A stretch of 64,000 bases of DNA from Macrostomum lignano (taxonomy: Eukaryota): positions 62,001-126,000 of the forward strand of contig NIVC01001302.1 in NCBI GenBank assembly GCA_002269645.1. The letters are read 5' to 3'. Made by a program: the position numbers and the translations under genes. Shown in pieces: positions 37,700 through 49,691 of the stretch. Numbering within the stretch: position 1 is the stretch's first letter; every line of letters begins with the position of its first letter. The notes under the pieces were generated by a model. The model did not search any database and was not told where the DNA came from. It saw only the letters and a list, made by a program, of their open reading frames with translations.

Positions 37700-38894
37700 T
37701 ATGCAAATATTTAATCGAAAATTGTCACACCTCTATTATGAGAACTATATTAGAATCTGACACACATTATTCACACCCATGAGGACTAACCCCCCAAAGG
37801 CACAGAGACTGTACATGCCTGACGATTAGTAAGTCAGAGCCGCTGTGCACCCTGTGTGAGTGTGTGTATGGGTGCGTCTGAATTGCTTCAGTGCTGGTTG
37901 GTTGCTCACAGCGCTCCTGCGAATGCTAGTGTGCGGAGAATTTATTCAATTTTAAGCTTATTTAGGATTAATCTTGGGCCAGAATCCTGCTGTTAATTGG
38001 TAATCTTAGGCCTGACACCTGGATGCCAGATGCAATGTTTTTTGTCAAAGGTTAGGGCAAGCGATATGCAGTACTCCCAAACTTACGGTAGATTGCTCGT
38101 GTATGAAATTCCAAGTTCTGGTTTGACGACCTCCTTGGCTTGAATCCTCGTTATATTTTTTGCTAAGCCGGCTCGACCAATCGGCTCCCTCTCTGACCCT
38201 GCGTCTCTCCCCCCGTCCGGTGAAAGAATTCTTAGGGTTTTGTTGTTAAGGCTTGGGCGGATTGGTCCATCATCGGTCATTAAACTCCTTCCAGCACTGT
38301 TTTTAGTCTGCGCCCGTCTCTTCAACTTGTATTGGATTCTAAAGATTTTTCATGTTAAACACTGCAGTATGATCACTTCAACCTCGTTTAGTTATCAAAG
38401 CAGCAGAGAATGGCCATTGAAGCAGCAAGAGCTGCAGCAGCAGCAGCAACAGTTGAAGCAGCAAAATAAGAAACTTTCGCCGCAAATGCAGCTCGAATAT
38501 TCTTATAATTCGTTGTTGCATTCTTCTAGAGCTGATCGTAAGACTTTCTGTCTGGCTATTAACATTCATAGATCATAAATCAGTTATGATAGAATAATGA
38601 CCATTGCCATTAGCACTAAGTGTTGGGAGTGCACAGTGGGCTAAATATAGAATAATGTGTTATGCATGCAATACTCATTAGGCTTTTTCGGGTCACAAGG
38701 CCCCCACTAAATCAATAGCGAAATGCGATCCTGCCTAAAGGATCTTGCTTTTTTGGAAGTTGGGTCTGACCTTTCTTTTGATTGGGAAACTTTTCTATTT
38801 AGTTGAAATTTTGTTCCTGTAGGCTTGGTGCATGTTTTTTTCGGACTGTGCGCTTGTGTATTTGAGTTCCAGATTTTTATTCATTTGTCAGCTT

Positions 38895-39600
38895 CTGCAA
38901 TGACCCCAGATCTTCATGTGTGGGTGTCAGCAATGACCCCAGTCCTTAAGTTGGGGTGTCAGCAATGACCCCAGATCCTCATTTGGGGTGTCAGCAATGA
39001 CCCCAGTCCTTATGTTGGGGTGTCAGCAATGACCCAAGATCCTCATGTTGAGGTGTCAGCAATGACCCCAGTCCTTATGTTGGGGTGTCAGCAATGACCC
39101 AAGATCCTCATGTTGGGGTGTCAGCAATGACCCCAGTCCTTATGTTGGAGTGTCAGCAATGACTTTAGATCCTCATTTTGGGGTGTCAGCAATGACCCCA
39201 GTCCTTATGTTGGAGTGTCAGCAATGACTTTAGATCCTCATTTTGGGGTGTCAGCAATGACCCCAGTCCTTAAGTTGGGGTGTCAGCAATGACCCCAGAT
39301 CCTCATGTTGGGATGTCAGCCATGACCCCAGATCCTCATGTTGGAATGTCAACCATGACCCCAGATCCTCATGTTGGAATGTCAACCATGACCCCAGATC
39401 CTCATGTTGGGATGTCAGCCATGACCCCAGATCCTCATGTTGGGATGTCAGCCATGACCCCAGATCCTCATGTTGGGATGTCAGCCATGACCCCAGATCC
39501 TCATGTTGGGATGTCAGCCATGACCCCAGATCCTCATGTTGGGATGTCAGCCATGACCCCAGATCCTCATGTTGGAATGTCAGCCATGACCCCAGATCCT
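38895..39600 (+). repeat. 32/33-bp minisatellite (tcagccatgaccccagatcctcatgttgggatg)n
   Basis: Alternating 32- and 33-bp units first, then homogeneous 33-mers. Confidence 0.94.
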
Positions 39601-39827
39601 CGTATTTTATGTCTATGCCACATACATACGTCTGACAATAGTTTTTAAGGTTTCATGATTCTTGTCACTTGATTTTTAATCGTTCTGTTTAGTAATTTTG
39701 TACCTATAATTAAAGTCAAATATTTAGCCTTCAGTGCCCAGCAGAAACCAGATTCTGTATGTAATTCTGTATGCCACAAAATTTGTCAGGCCTCTGCTTC
39801 TCCACAATTGACTGTCATCGCAGCGGC

Positions 39828-39977
39828 ATGACCGGCTCCAGCAGTAGCACGGCGGCGGGTGGCGGCGGCAGCAGCGGCGGAGGTGGCGGAGGCAAAGCCA
39901 TCTGCAGAGATCTGTACGAATTCTTGAAGGACGCTGAGTTGGATCATTATTATACATCAATGACGCATACTTTGAAG
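39828..39977 (+). CDS. TNK2: Ack exon 1: Gly/Ser linker and first half of the SAM domain
   Basis: DLYEFLKDAELDHYYTSMTHTLK|GTAAGA. Confidence 0.88.
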
Positions 39978-42900
39978 GTAAGAAAGAATTGGACAGTTTG
40001 AAGGTCAAGCATTTAATTGCTTCAATTTATGTTAATAATTTCGATACATATCGGCTATTTACTCTATATAGTTAGCAACGCTCTTCGGAATTTTACTTTA
40101 TGCTCTGCAAACTTAATCTCGATACATATCGGTAAACTTGTAAAGTTGTCAATGTGCTAAGTTAACTTCAATTTCAATGATTTAGTCATCAGTGTAGCTA
40201 AACTGGATGTACTTTTCTGGTACTTGTGCTTGGTATTGTGCCTTACAAAGTTCATTTTCGATACATATCGGCAATAAAGAAACAAAAGTATTTATAAATA
40301 GTTCTAAAGTGTAATAAAAGTTATCTTCGCTACATATCGGCGATTGATCGAATGTAGATTTCAAAGTCAGCTCTACAAAGTTTATTTTCGATACAAACTT
40401 AATATTATCGGTGAGCTTAGTACTGTTAAACATTTTGCCAAATTTAACTAGGTGACCAGCGTCAATCAATTAAAATACGTCGAAGACGAAGACCTGGCCG
40501 ACATCGGCCTCACAAAGCCGGAGATGCGTCGGCTAAGAAAGTTTTTCCTGCGCGAGTGCCCCCAGTCCGCTGTTGGCCGATTGCGCAAACGGCTGACTGC
40601 GCGCGGCGGCGGCGCCGGGCGCGGCGGAGGAGGCGAGGATGACTGCGGCGCATCCGGCGGCGGTGGAGCGGGAAGCGGCGGCGGAGTTGGCGCAGGCGGC
40701 CCGGACCTCCTGGTTGGCGCCCTGCGGCTGCCGCCCTCAACCAGCTATCTGATTCCTCCAGACCAGATCGAGCTCGGCAAGGTCCTTGGCGAGGGCGAGT
40801 TCGGCCGGGTCTATCAGGCCATTTGGAGTCCCGGTGGCGACAGGGCCAGCGGATACAGGTGGCCGTGAAGGCCATGGACAAGGACCGCCTGTCGCCCGGC
40901 CAGGCTGCGGACTTTCTCAAGGAGGTCACCAACATGCACGGCATCGAGCACAGGAACATTGTACGGCTGTACGGCCTGGCCATTGGGGAGGACAAGTTCC
41001 AGATGGTCACTGAGCTCGCGCCTCTCAGGTGAGATGTTCGCCAGCCTCCCAGATCCTCAGTTTCTGGGCCAGCCTCCCAGATTCTCAGTTGCTGGGCCAG
41101 CCTCCCAGATTCTCAGTTTCTGGGCCAGCCTCTCAGATCCTCAGTTGCTGGGCCAGCCTCCCAGATCCTCAGTTGCTGGGCCAGCCTCTCAGATCCTCAG
41201 TTGCTGGGCCAGCCTCCCAGATCCTCAGTTGCTGGGCCAGCCTCCCAGATCCTCAGTTGCTGGGCCAGCCTCCCAGATCCTCAGTTGCTGGGCCAGCCTC
41301 TCAGAGTTTCAGTTACTTGGCCAGATGTAATCTTTTACATTCCTCATCAAAGTGTCCCTAGAGCTTGGCTTTGAGCTGAAAGAACAACTAAAGAGAATGC
41401 GCAGGCAATGAATTGCTTTCAGTTACGAAGCAATTCGCAGTGTTGCGATGCTGTCTCAGTATTGCCTTTATTTCGCAGTATCGCTAAGTGTTAAACTAAT
41501 GGCAAAGTAGGAAAAGAAATCATATGCAATTATATTAGAAGTGCACATTACCATATATGGTTTTTACGGTTTCGTATTATTGAAACGGTTACATTATGGG
41601 TATGGCTGGTAAATTGCTTATGCATGTATAATGGCTACATTCAGTAATGCTTATTTTATGGCTGGATATGTTGCTTATTAGCAAGTATCCAACAGACTGA
41701 CTTTTGAATTTTTTTTATGACACCCGGAGGTCTCTTGTTTGGTGGTCCAAATTGCCACCAACACCCCAGTGTGCGACTGTGTGATCGATTGGCGTCGCAA
41801 ATTATTTTATTCTTGACGAATAGGGTCTGGGTCCCGGTGCGCAATTAACTAATGCGCTTGACTTTTATGAGTCTTTTTAATTTGACTTTGCTGTTGGTGA
41901 CGTTTTGCTTAGCGATTCATCTGCTGTAACACCCCTACGCCAGGGTGTTATTGATGGGTTAATCTGCTGTAACACCTCTATATCCCAGGGTGTTATTGAT
42001 CGGTTAATTTGCTGTAACACCCCTGTATCCCAGGGTGTTATTGATGGGTTAATCTGCTGTAACACCTCTATATCCCAGGGTGTTATTGATCGGTTAATTT
42101 GCTGTAACACCCCTGTATCCCAGGGTGTTATTGATGGGTTAATCTGCTGTAACACCCCTGTATCCCAAGGTGTTATTGTTGGGTTAATCTGCTGTAACAC
42201 CCCTGTATCCCAGGGTGTTATTGATGGGTTAATCTGCTGTAACACCTCTATATCCCAGGGTGTTATTGATGGGTTAATCTGCTGTAACACCTCTATATCC
42301 CAGGGTGTTATTGATGGGTTAATCTGCTGTAACACCCATGTATCCCAGGGTGTTATTGATGGGTTAATCTACTGTAACACCCATGTATCCCAGGGTGTTA
42401 TTGATCGGTTAATCTACTGTAACACCCCTATATCCCAAGGTGTTATTGATTGGTCAATCTGCTGTAACACCTCTATATCCCAGGGTGTTATTGATCGGTT
42501 AATCTGCTGTAACACCCCTATATCCCAGAGTGTTATTGTTAGGTTAATCTACTGTAACACCCCTACATGTATATCCCAGAGTGTTATTGTTAGGTTAATC
42601 TACTGTAACACCTCTGATATGCCAGGGTTTTATCATCGGGTTTATCTGCTAATCCCGATTCCCCGTCGCCAGATCCCTACTCGAATGCGTCCGCGAGGCG
42701 GCCCTGCGCTGCAGTTTCCACGTTGGCGCGCTGTGCAGCTTCGCCCAGCAGATCGCCGAAGGCATGTCCTACTTGGAGAATCAGCGCCTCATCCATCGCG
42801 ACTTGGCGGCCAGAAACATTTTGGTGTTCACCAAGGATCGAGTGAAGATCTCAGACTTCGGCATGAGCCGAGCGCTGCAGCTGGGCAAGGAGTATTATCA

Positions 42901-45900
42901 GACAAATTTCAATGTGAACCTGAAACTGCCAATAGCCTGGTGCGCACCTGAGAGTATTAATTACCTGAGATTCACCTCTGCGTCTGACGTGTGGGCCTAC
43001 GCCGTCACCCTGTGGGAGATGTTCTCCTACGGCTTCCAGCCCTGGGCCGGCCTCACCGGGCAGCAGATTCTTGAGACCATTGACGAGCCTCAGCTTGGCC
43101 GGCTGGAGCGCCCGGACGCCTGTCCGACTGCTCACTACGCCCTGATGCTTAAGTGCTGGGATCACGATCCTAAACGGCGGCCGACCTTTGCTGAGATCGC
43201 CGCCCACCTGCCCAAGATCATCCCGGAGAAGCACGTGGCCCTGGAGTCGAGCCCCAGCCCGCCGGCAGTTCGCGAGCAGTTGCACTTCGCTGCTGGCGAC
43301 ACCCTGTTTGTGCTGGACAAGCGGATGGGCGGCGAGCCTTGGCGTGGCATCGGCCTGAGCGGCAACTCCGGCTTCTTCCAGCCGCATCTGACCCGGCCTG
43401 TGATGCACGAGCTGGAGGCTGCCGCCGCCGCTGCCGCTGCTGCCGCGTCGCCATCGAAGAAAGTGTCGAGACGAGGTGAGTTCAGTACTTTGAGTGAGGG
43501 GCAATCGCCTTTATCGCCTTTATAATCGCTCCATCATCTCTCTCAGCATCGCCTCGTATTCACCCTCACAATGTCCCTTTATAATCTCCCTCAGCTTCAC
43601 CAATTATACTCATCCTCACAATGTCCCTCTATAATCTCCCTCAGCTTCACCAATTATACTCACCCTCACAATGTCCCTTTATAATCTCCCTCAGCTTCAC
43701 CAATTATACTCATCCTCACAATGTCCCTTTATAATCTCCCCAGCTTCACCAATTATACTCATCCCCACCTCATATTCACCCTAAAAGCCTTATAATAACC
43801 GCCTACTTATTGCTTCTGAACTCTGTTCTTCAAAACAAAGAAATGTTTTACTCCATCTGTAATTAGTTTTGTGCTGAGACGTGAGAATCTCAATGAGACC
43901 TATCTTTCTGTTCACTGATAAAATTCATTTATTTGCCTTAAACTAGATTAGTTTTCTTATAATTTTTTGCGATGCGCTTTTTTGCCTAATTTATTTACTA
44001 CTGCTACTACTATGAATGAGTAATATATGCATTCTATTCTTTATGCTAGCAATTAGCCTTTTTAATTATTAATATTGCAGCGACTCTTGGCAGCTCGTAT
44101 GCTAAGGAATTTAGCGCCAAAGTTAACTTAGTTAAAAGTGAGTATTTAATTATGTTTATAAATATTTTTAACTGGTTTAAAAACACAATTTATCATTATA
44201 ATTGGTCACTAATTATGCTGTTTATTCTGCCTTAATTATGCGTTTTGTAGTGTTGTGTTTGGCTTAACTGTTTGATGTAATATTTAACAGTGTGTTCGGC
44301 TACTAACTATGCCTACTTAATTATAATTAAGTAAGTCGTTTATCAGCGTTAAAAATTGCAGTCTAGGCTGCTAAAGTATTGGTTATTTTTGCTTGGTTAA
44401 CTAATCCTACTAACCTGCCCACTAACTACACGCTTTTAGTAACGGAACTTTATATAATAGTTCTAAAAATTGATTAGAGCAAAAAATAACTTACCAACTT
44501 TATTGCAGATAAAAAGCGCTTTTAGTCTGCTGAAAGTAGGCCAATGAGAAAATTAAGCGGTTTTTGCACATTTTACCGTAAATTTTCTATTTTGTCTACT
44601 ATAAGTAAGCAAGAAAGTTTTTTTAAATTATTTTTTGTTTTCTCCACGCAGAAGCGGCCCAATCTTCCAAGCATCACCAGCAGCACCAGCCGCGCATCCG
44701 GCGGGACATGATCTCCGGCCCGCAGGACGATTTTCGTCACACCGGCCACGTCGGACACGACGGTTCCGTGTTCGGCGACGTGTCGTTTATGTCGGCTTCC
44801 GGATTGCCGCTCAGCCCGTCCGGGCCACCGCCGCCTAAACCGACGCCGCCGCCGCCGACAACAACGTCGATGATGATGATGCGTGCGTCGTCCCAGCCGC
44901 CAGCTACGAAGGCATTGAATTTGCAGACTGCTGCTACTAACAGTAGTAATAATAATTCGACTCCCAGCCCTAGCAACATGTCGCTAGGCAGCGTGACCTC
45001 GGTGAGCACAATGGACACCCTGCAGCACCAGCCCGGCTACTGCAAGCTCGGCTCCAGCCTCAGCCTGGGCGTGGACACCTGCACTCTGGCGTCCGAGGCT
45101 CTGGCCGAAGCGCTTGAAGAGGACGAGGAAGACGAGGAGGACGGCTATGAGAGATCCGCTGGGCCTGGCCGGCCATCTGGCGCGGCCGAGCTCGACCTGT
45201 TTGCCGATTTCAACTTTAGCGACTTCGGCGGAGGTTTCGGTGGCGACACGGCGAGTAGCGGCGGCGGCGGCGGCGGCGGCGGCGGCAGCGGCAGCGGCGT
45301 CGGTGGCAGCGGCGACAGTTCAGGAGGGAGAGACTCCACCGATGGCCTGGGTAAATTTTGTCCTTGTAAATTTTAGGTATCGCCCTGACACATTCAAATA
45401 TCGCCCTCACGCAGGAGAATCGCCCTCACACATTCAAATATCGCCCTTACAGATTCGAGAATCGCCCTCACACATTCAAGTATCGCCCTCACACATTCGA
45501 GAATCGCCCTCACACATTCAAATATCGCCCTTACAGATTCGAGAATCGCCCTCACACATTCAAGTATCGCCCTCACACATTCGAGAATCGCCCTCACACA
45601 TTCAAGTATCGCCCTCACGCATTTGAGAATCGCCCTCACACATTCAAGTATCGCCCTCACACATTCGAGAATCGCCCTCACACATTCAAGTATCGCCCTC
45701 ACGCATTCGAGAATCGCCCTCATACATTCGAGAATCGCCCTCACACATTCGAGAATCGCCCTCACACATTCAAGTATCGCCCTCACACATTCGAGAATCA
45801 CCCTCACACATTCGAAAATCGCCCTCACACATTCGAGAATCGCCCTCACACATTCGAGAATCGCCCTCACACATTCGAGAATCGCCCTCACACATTCGAA

Positions 45901-48900
45901 TATCGCCCTCACACATTCGAGAATCGCCCTCCCCACCCCAGGCCTCACGGGCGGCAGCTCCCTGATGGACGAGATCTTCAAATCCTGGTCCCTAAGCGGA
46001 GGCGACTCAGACAGCGGCAGCAACACTTTGACCCTCACCAGCTGTCGTCAGGCCGCTAGTTCCCATAGCAACGGTAACAATAATAATTCTACGTTAGGCG
46101 CCTCAGGCAGCGGCGGTTACCATGGCAACGATGATACGGACGATACAGATTCAAATAGTGCTGCTTTACTCAGCCTCAATCTGGGCAGCGGAAAGTCCTC
46201 TGTTGTCGGGGGCGCAGGCGGCGGCGGATGCGACGATGAGACGCCTACTGACGAGCGGGGACCAAGCTCGCTCCTGCAGTCAGCTGAGGGCATCAACAAG
46301 AGGAACGGCGGCAGCGGCAGCATCACCAGCAACAGCAGCAGCAGCGGTGAGCAGCATGCTCAGTTCCGGAATCTGCCTCATCATCAGCAGCAGCAGCAGC
46401 AGCATCATCAGCTCACTGCCTCCGCTGCTCATCATCAGTCATTGAACCGGCCAGGCTCGGCCAATTCCAGCACCAACTCGACAGCTTCGAATGTCAGCTC
46501 CTTGAACGACTCGCCGTCGAGACAACAACAGCAGCAGCAGCAGCAGCAGCAGCAGAAACGCAGCAACCAATCCCTGAACTCGCAGGGCAGCAGCGATAGC
46601 GGCTTGAGCAAAGCCAGGACCCTTCCAGGTGAAGCGACATCGGCGGCTGCTGCTGCCGCTCCAGCTTCCTCTGGAAGTCCCCGACGGTCGTCAAGGAGTT
46701 CGTTTCTCAGCTTTGCGTCCGGTCGCAGATCGAAGGCGGCGGCTGCTGCTGCGGCATCGGCTGACTCTGCCGCAGGCGCCGCTGGCATCTCCAAGCCGCT
46801 GCTGATCTCCGGCCCTATCGGTCTGCAGTCCTCGTCCAACTCCAGCATCAGCACCGTGGCCAGCGGTGTCGGCGGCGAGCCGCCAGCCGGTGTCGCTACA
46901 ATCGGAGCCGCGACTGGGCACACCACGCTGAGAGCTCTGCGTGGCAACCAGGTGTTCAGGGCCCCGGCGCCCACAGGTGCGGTTTTGATCCCATTGTTAA
47001 CTGATGACTGTCTCGGGAATGAGAGGGGTGAGATTCCGAGATTGACTGGGGAGATTCTGAGATTGACTGGGGAGATTCTGAGATTGACTTGTGAAACTAT
47101 GAGATTTACTGATGAGATTCTGAGATTGAGTGGTGAAATTCTGAGATTGAGTGGTGAAATTCTGAGATTGAGTGGTGAAATTCTGAGATTGAGTGGTGAA
47201 ATTCTGAGATTGAGTGGTGAAATTCTGAGATTGAGTGGTGAAATTCTGAGATTGAGTGGTGAAATTCTGAGATTGAGTGGTGAAATTCTGAGATTGAGTG
47301 GTGAAATTCTGAGATTGAGTGGTGAAATTCTGAGATTGAGTGGTGAAATTCTGAGATTGAGTGGTAAGATTCGGAGATTTACTGATGTGATTCTAAGATT
47401 AAGTAGTGAGATTCTAAGATTGATCGGTGAAATTCTGAGATTGACCGGAGAGATTCTGAGATTTACCGGTGAGATTCTGAGATTAAATGGTGAAACTATG
47501 AGATTTACTGATGAGATTCTTAGATTGACTAGTGAGCGTCTGAGATTGACTGGTGAGAGTCTTAGATTGACTGGTGAGATTCTTAGATCGACTGGTAGGA
47601 GTCTGAGATTGACTGGTAGGAGTCTGAGATTGACTGGTAGGAGTCTGAGATTGACTGGTAGGAGTCTGAGATTGACTGGTAGGAGTCTGAGATTGACTGG
47701 TAGGAGTCTGAGATTGACTGGTAGGAGTCTGAGATTGACTGGTGAGATTCTGAAATTGACTGGTAGGAGTCTGAGATTGACTGGTGAGATTCTTAGATTG
47801 ACTGGTGAGATTCTGAGATTGACTGGTGAGATTCTGAGATTGACTGGTGAGATTCTGAGATTGACTGGTAGGAGTCTGAGATTGACTGGTGAGATTCTGA
47901 AATTGACTGGTAGGAGTCTGAGATTGACTGATGAGATTCTTAGATTGTTATTCAAAGACAGAGATTCTCATTTTTAGAGGATGAGATTGAGATTTCAGCA
48001 TCTTCCATTCCTGCAGGCACGGCAGCGGCCGGCAAGGCGTCATCCGCATCGGCCGCTCTGAAGTCGGTGAACTTTGGCGACGTGCGAACCGCCGGCAGCG
48101 TCTGCTCGCAGCGACTGTCCACCGCCTCCACGGCTTCCAATTCGTCGGAGACCACGGCTTCGGTTGCTACGACGCCTGCGGGATCGGCTGCCTGTGCTGC
48201 TGCTGGCGCGGCTGCTGACGGGGCCGACGACAGCTTCTGGGGCTCCGGCTTCAATCTGGGCGATTTTGGATTGAGCGGCAGCAGCAAGACTGAGGAGTCT
48301 GGGGATGCCATTGACCGGCCGGGGAATTACAGGTGACAGCCTGCTGTACTGGCGTTGTTGCTGTTGTTGTGCTTTCTGCTATTGTTGTTGCTGTTGTTGC
48401 TGTTGTTGTTGTTGTTGCTGCTGTTGTTTCTGTTGTTGTTTCTGTTGTTTCTGTTGTTGTTGCTGTTGTTTCTGTTGTTGTTGTTGTTTCTGTTGTTGTT
48501 GTTGCTGTTGTTGCTGTTGTTGTTGTTGTTGTTGTTGGCGTTGCCGTACCACGGTCCTACTCTCTCTTCAGTCTAACCCGTTCTCGGAACTCGTTCCAAA
48601 GGGCCCGGCATTCTTCGGGCATGGCGCATAAGTCACCCATCTCCGTGATGCCGGTCTTCCTCCTGATGTTGTCCATCACTGGGCACTTCAACAGTACGTG
48701 TTCCGTGCCTTCCTCCTCGAGATTGCACAGCCGGCACGTTCCACTCTCCCTGGCTCCAATCCGAGCACCATACTCCGCCAGCTCCGTGTGGTGTCCGGTC
48801 CTGAACCTGGCAAAATCGCGCCTGGCCGCTCTGTACCACTTTCCTTCCTTCCGCCAGTCCGGCTGCTTCTTCGCGTAGATTTCCTTCGCCCTCTCGTGCT

Positions 48901-49691
48901 TCCACTCCATCCTGCCTTCCATGTTGCTGTTGTTGTTGTTGCTGTTGTTTCTGTTATTGTTGCTGCTGCTGTTGTTGCTGCTGTTGTTGTTTCTGTTGTT
49001 GTTGTTGCTGTTGTTGTTGTTGTTGCTGTTGTTTCTGTTGTTGTTTCTGCTGATCAGGCGCTGAGAGGACTAAAAGCTCCACCATCTTCAGCGCCGCTGC
49101 CTTTGTCGGGTCAGTCGAGGAGAGGATTGATGCTACGATTTTGTCGTCGAGAACCGGATACGAATGTTACGGAGGGCAGGGCAGCGCACGGCCGGTGCTC
49201 CTGGGTGTCCAGTTGCAAGTCGGGTAGTTGCTAGGGTCAATTAGATGGCGATAGGCCCTCAGGTGCGGAGTGCCTGGCGCGATCAGAATTGTTCCTGACG
49301 TCGAGCGTGGGAAAAGAGAAATGGCTGTTTAATGACAAGTAATGTTTGACGCTGTGAGGTGAACCCAAGACATGCCAAGTCGTAACAAAAAAGTTTTATT
49401 TTGATTTATGCAGTTCTTATTTAGCATTTTAGTAACCGTGGCATTCAGTACTAACATTGCCTAATCATTGCCTAATCCTTGCCCACTTGTTTGCAGCAAT
49501 GTGCCCTCCAACTCCCGGAGCTCCCATCTCTACGCTTCATCTTCCCACCGTCGCTACATCATGAACGAGGTTAGTAGAATTCTTTCTGTCATTAGTAGTT
49601 TTATTTACCTTTTTAATAATCATATTTTGACATATTTTCAATCAATAACTTAATTCAGGACGACGATGATGACGAAATAATGAACATGTGA
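39828..49691 (+). CDS. TNK2: Ack/TNK2-family non-receptor tyrosine kinase (Ack-like/PR2 type), about 1228 aa if one base is restored at 40843-40845
   Basis: Exons 39828-39977, 40452-41028, 42673-43475, 44652-45350, 45942-46976, 48017-48332, 49497-49569, 49659-49691. All introns are GT-AG with matching phases (0,2,1,1,1,2,0); the total is 3686 nt, one short of a multiple of 3. Domain order SAM-kinase-SH3-CRIB is diagnostic of the Ack family. The symbol marks the family, not proven orthology. Confidence 0.9.
40452..41028 (+). CDS. TNK2: Ack exon 2: SAM end and kinase N-lobe (contains the frameshift)
   Basis: VTSVNQLKYVEDEDLADIGLTKPEMRRL; LGEGEFGRVY; after the shift, QVAVKAM..FLKEVTNMHGIEHRNIVRLYG..MVTELAPL|GTGAG. 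Confidence 0.88.
41040..41330 (+). repeat. 28-bp minisatellite in Ack intron 2
   Basis: Same monomer as 30690-31390. Confidence 0.93.
41925..42620 (+). repeat. 45-bp minisatellite with an internal inverted repeat, Ack intron 2
   Basis: cagggtgttattgatgggttaatctgctgtaacacccctgtatcc; gggtgtta pairs with taacaccc. Confidence 0.95.
42673..43475 (+). CDS. TNK2: Ack exon 3: kinase C-lobe and SH3
   Basis: HRDLAARN, KISDFG, YYQTNFNVNLKLPIAWCAPE, SDVWAY, CWDHDPKRRPTF; SH3-like LHFAAGDTLFVL..WRG..GFF. Confidence 0.95.
43555..43790 (+). repeat. 50-bp minisatellite, Ack intron 3
   Basis: Period of 50 bp (43571 to 43621). Confidence 0.9.
44652..45350 (+). CDS. TNK2: Ack exon 4: CRIB (Cdc42-binding) motif and low-complexity region
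   Basis: MISGPQDDFRHTGHVGHDG; acceptor CGCAG| at 44651 and donor G|GTAAAT at 45350. Confidence 0.9.
45377..45930 (+). repeat. 21-bp minisatellite (gagaatcgccctcacacattc)n, Ack intron 4
   Basis: Fills the intron up to the acceptor. Confidence 0.95.
45942..46976 (+). CDS. TNK2: Ack exon 5: disordered S/Q/A-rich region
   Basis: SLMDEIF motif; phase-1 junctions at both ends. Confidence 0.78.
47020..47960 (+). repeat. 21-bp minisatellite (gagattctgagattgactggt)n, Ack intron 5
   Basis: About 45 units in variant blocks. Confidence 0.95.
48017..49691 (+). CDS. TNK2: Ack exons 6-8 (48017-48332, 49497-49569, 49659-49691)
   Basis: Consistent splice phases ending DDDDDEIMNM*; AATAAA at about 49957. 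Confidence 0.68.
48350..48922 (-). mobile_element. LINE 3' fragment with a long (CAA)n tail, Ack intron 6
   Basis: FARFRTGHH..CRLCNLEEEGTEHVLLKC (CCHC) with stop at 48557; tail at about 48350-48545. Confidence 0.85.
48925..49330 (-). mobile_element. second, degraded LINE 3' end (Ingi-like) with a (CAA/CAG)n tail
   Basis: Minus-strand pieces HLRAYRHLIDPSNYPTC and STDPTKAAAL resemble LINE ORF2 C-termini; tail at 48925-49045. Confidence 0.6.

Noticed and set aside
38369-38578. Poly-Q ORF with a donor at 38537 that might be an upstream Ack exon
   Set aside because: Splicing to the acceptor at 39823 is out of frame with the Ack ATG. At most it is a 5' UTR exon or uORF, which cannot be supported without transcripts.
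40834-40843. A 10-nt GT..AG micro-intron that could repair the Ack frameshift
   Set aside because: It is far below the minimum spliceosomal intron size; a 1-bp homopolymer deletion is simpler.
46116-46129. X-box-like GTTACCATGGCAAC in Ack exon 5
   Set aside because: It is a single match inside coding sequence (GYHGN) with no supporting evidence.
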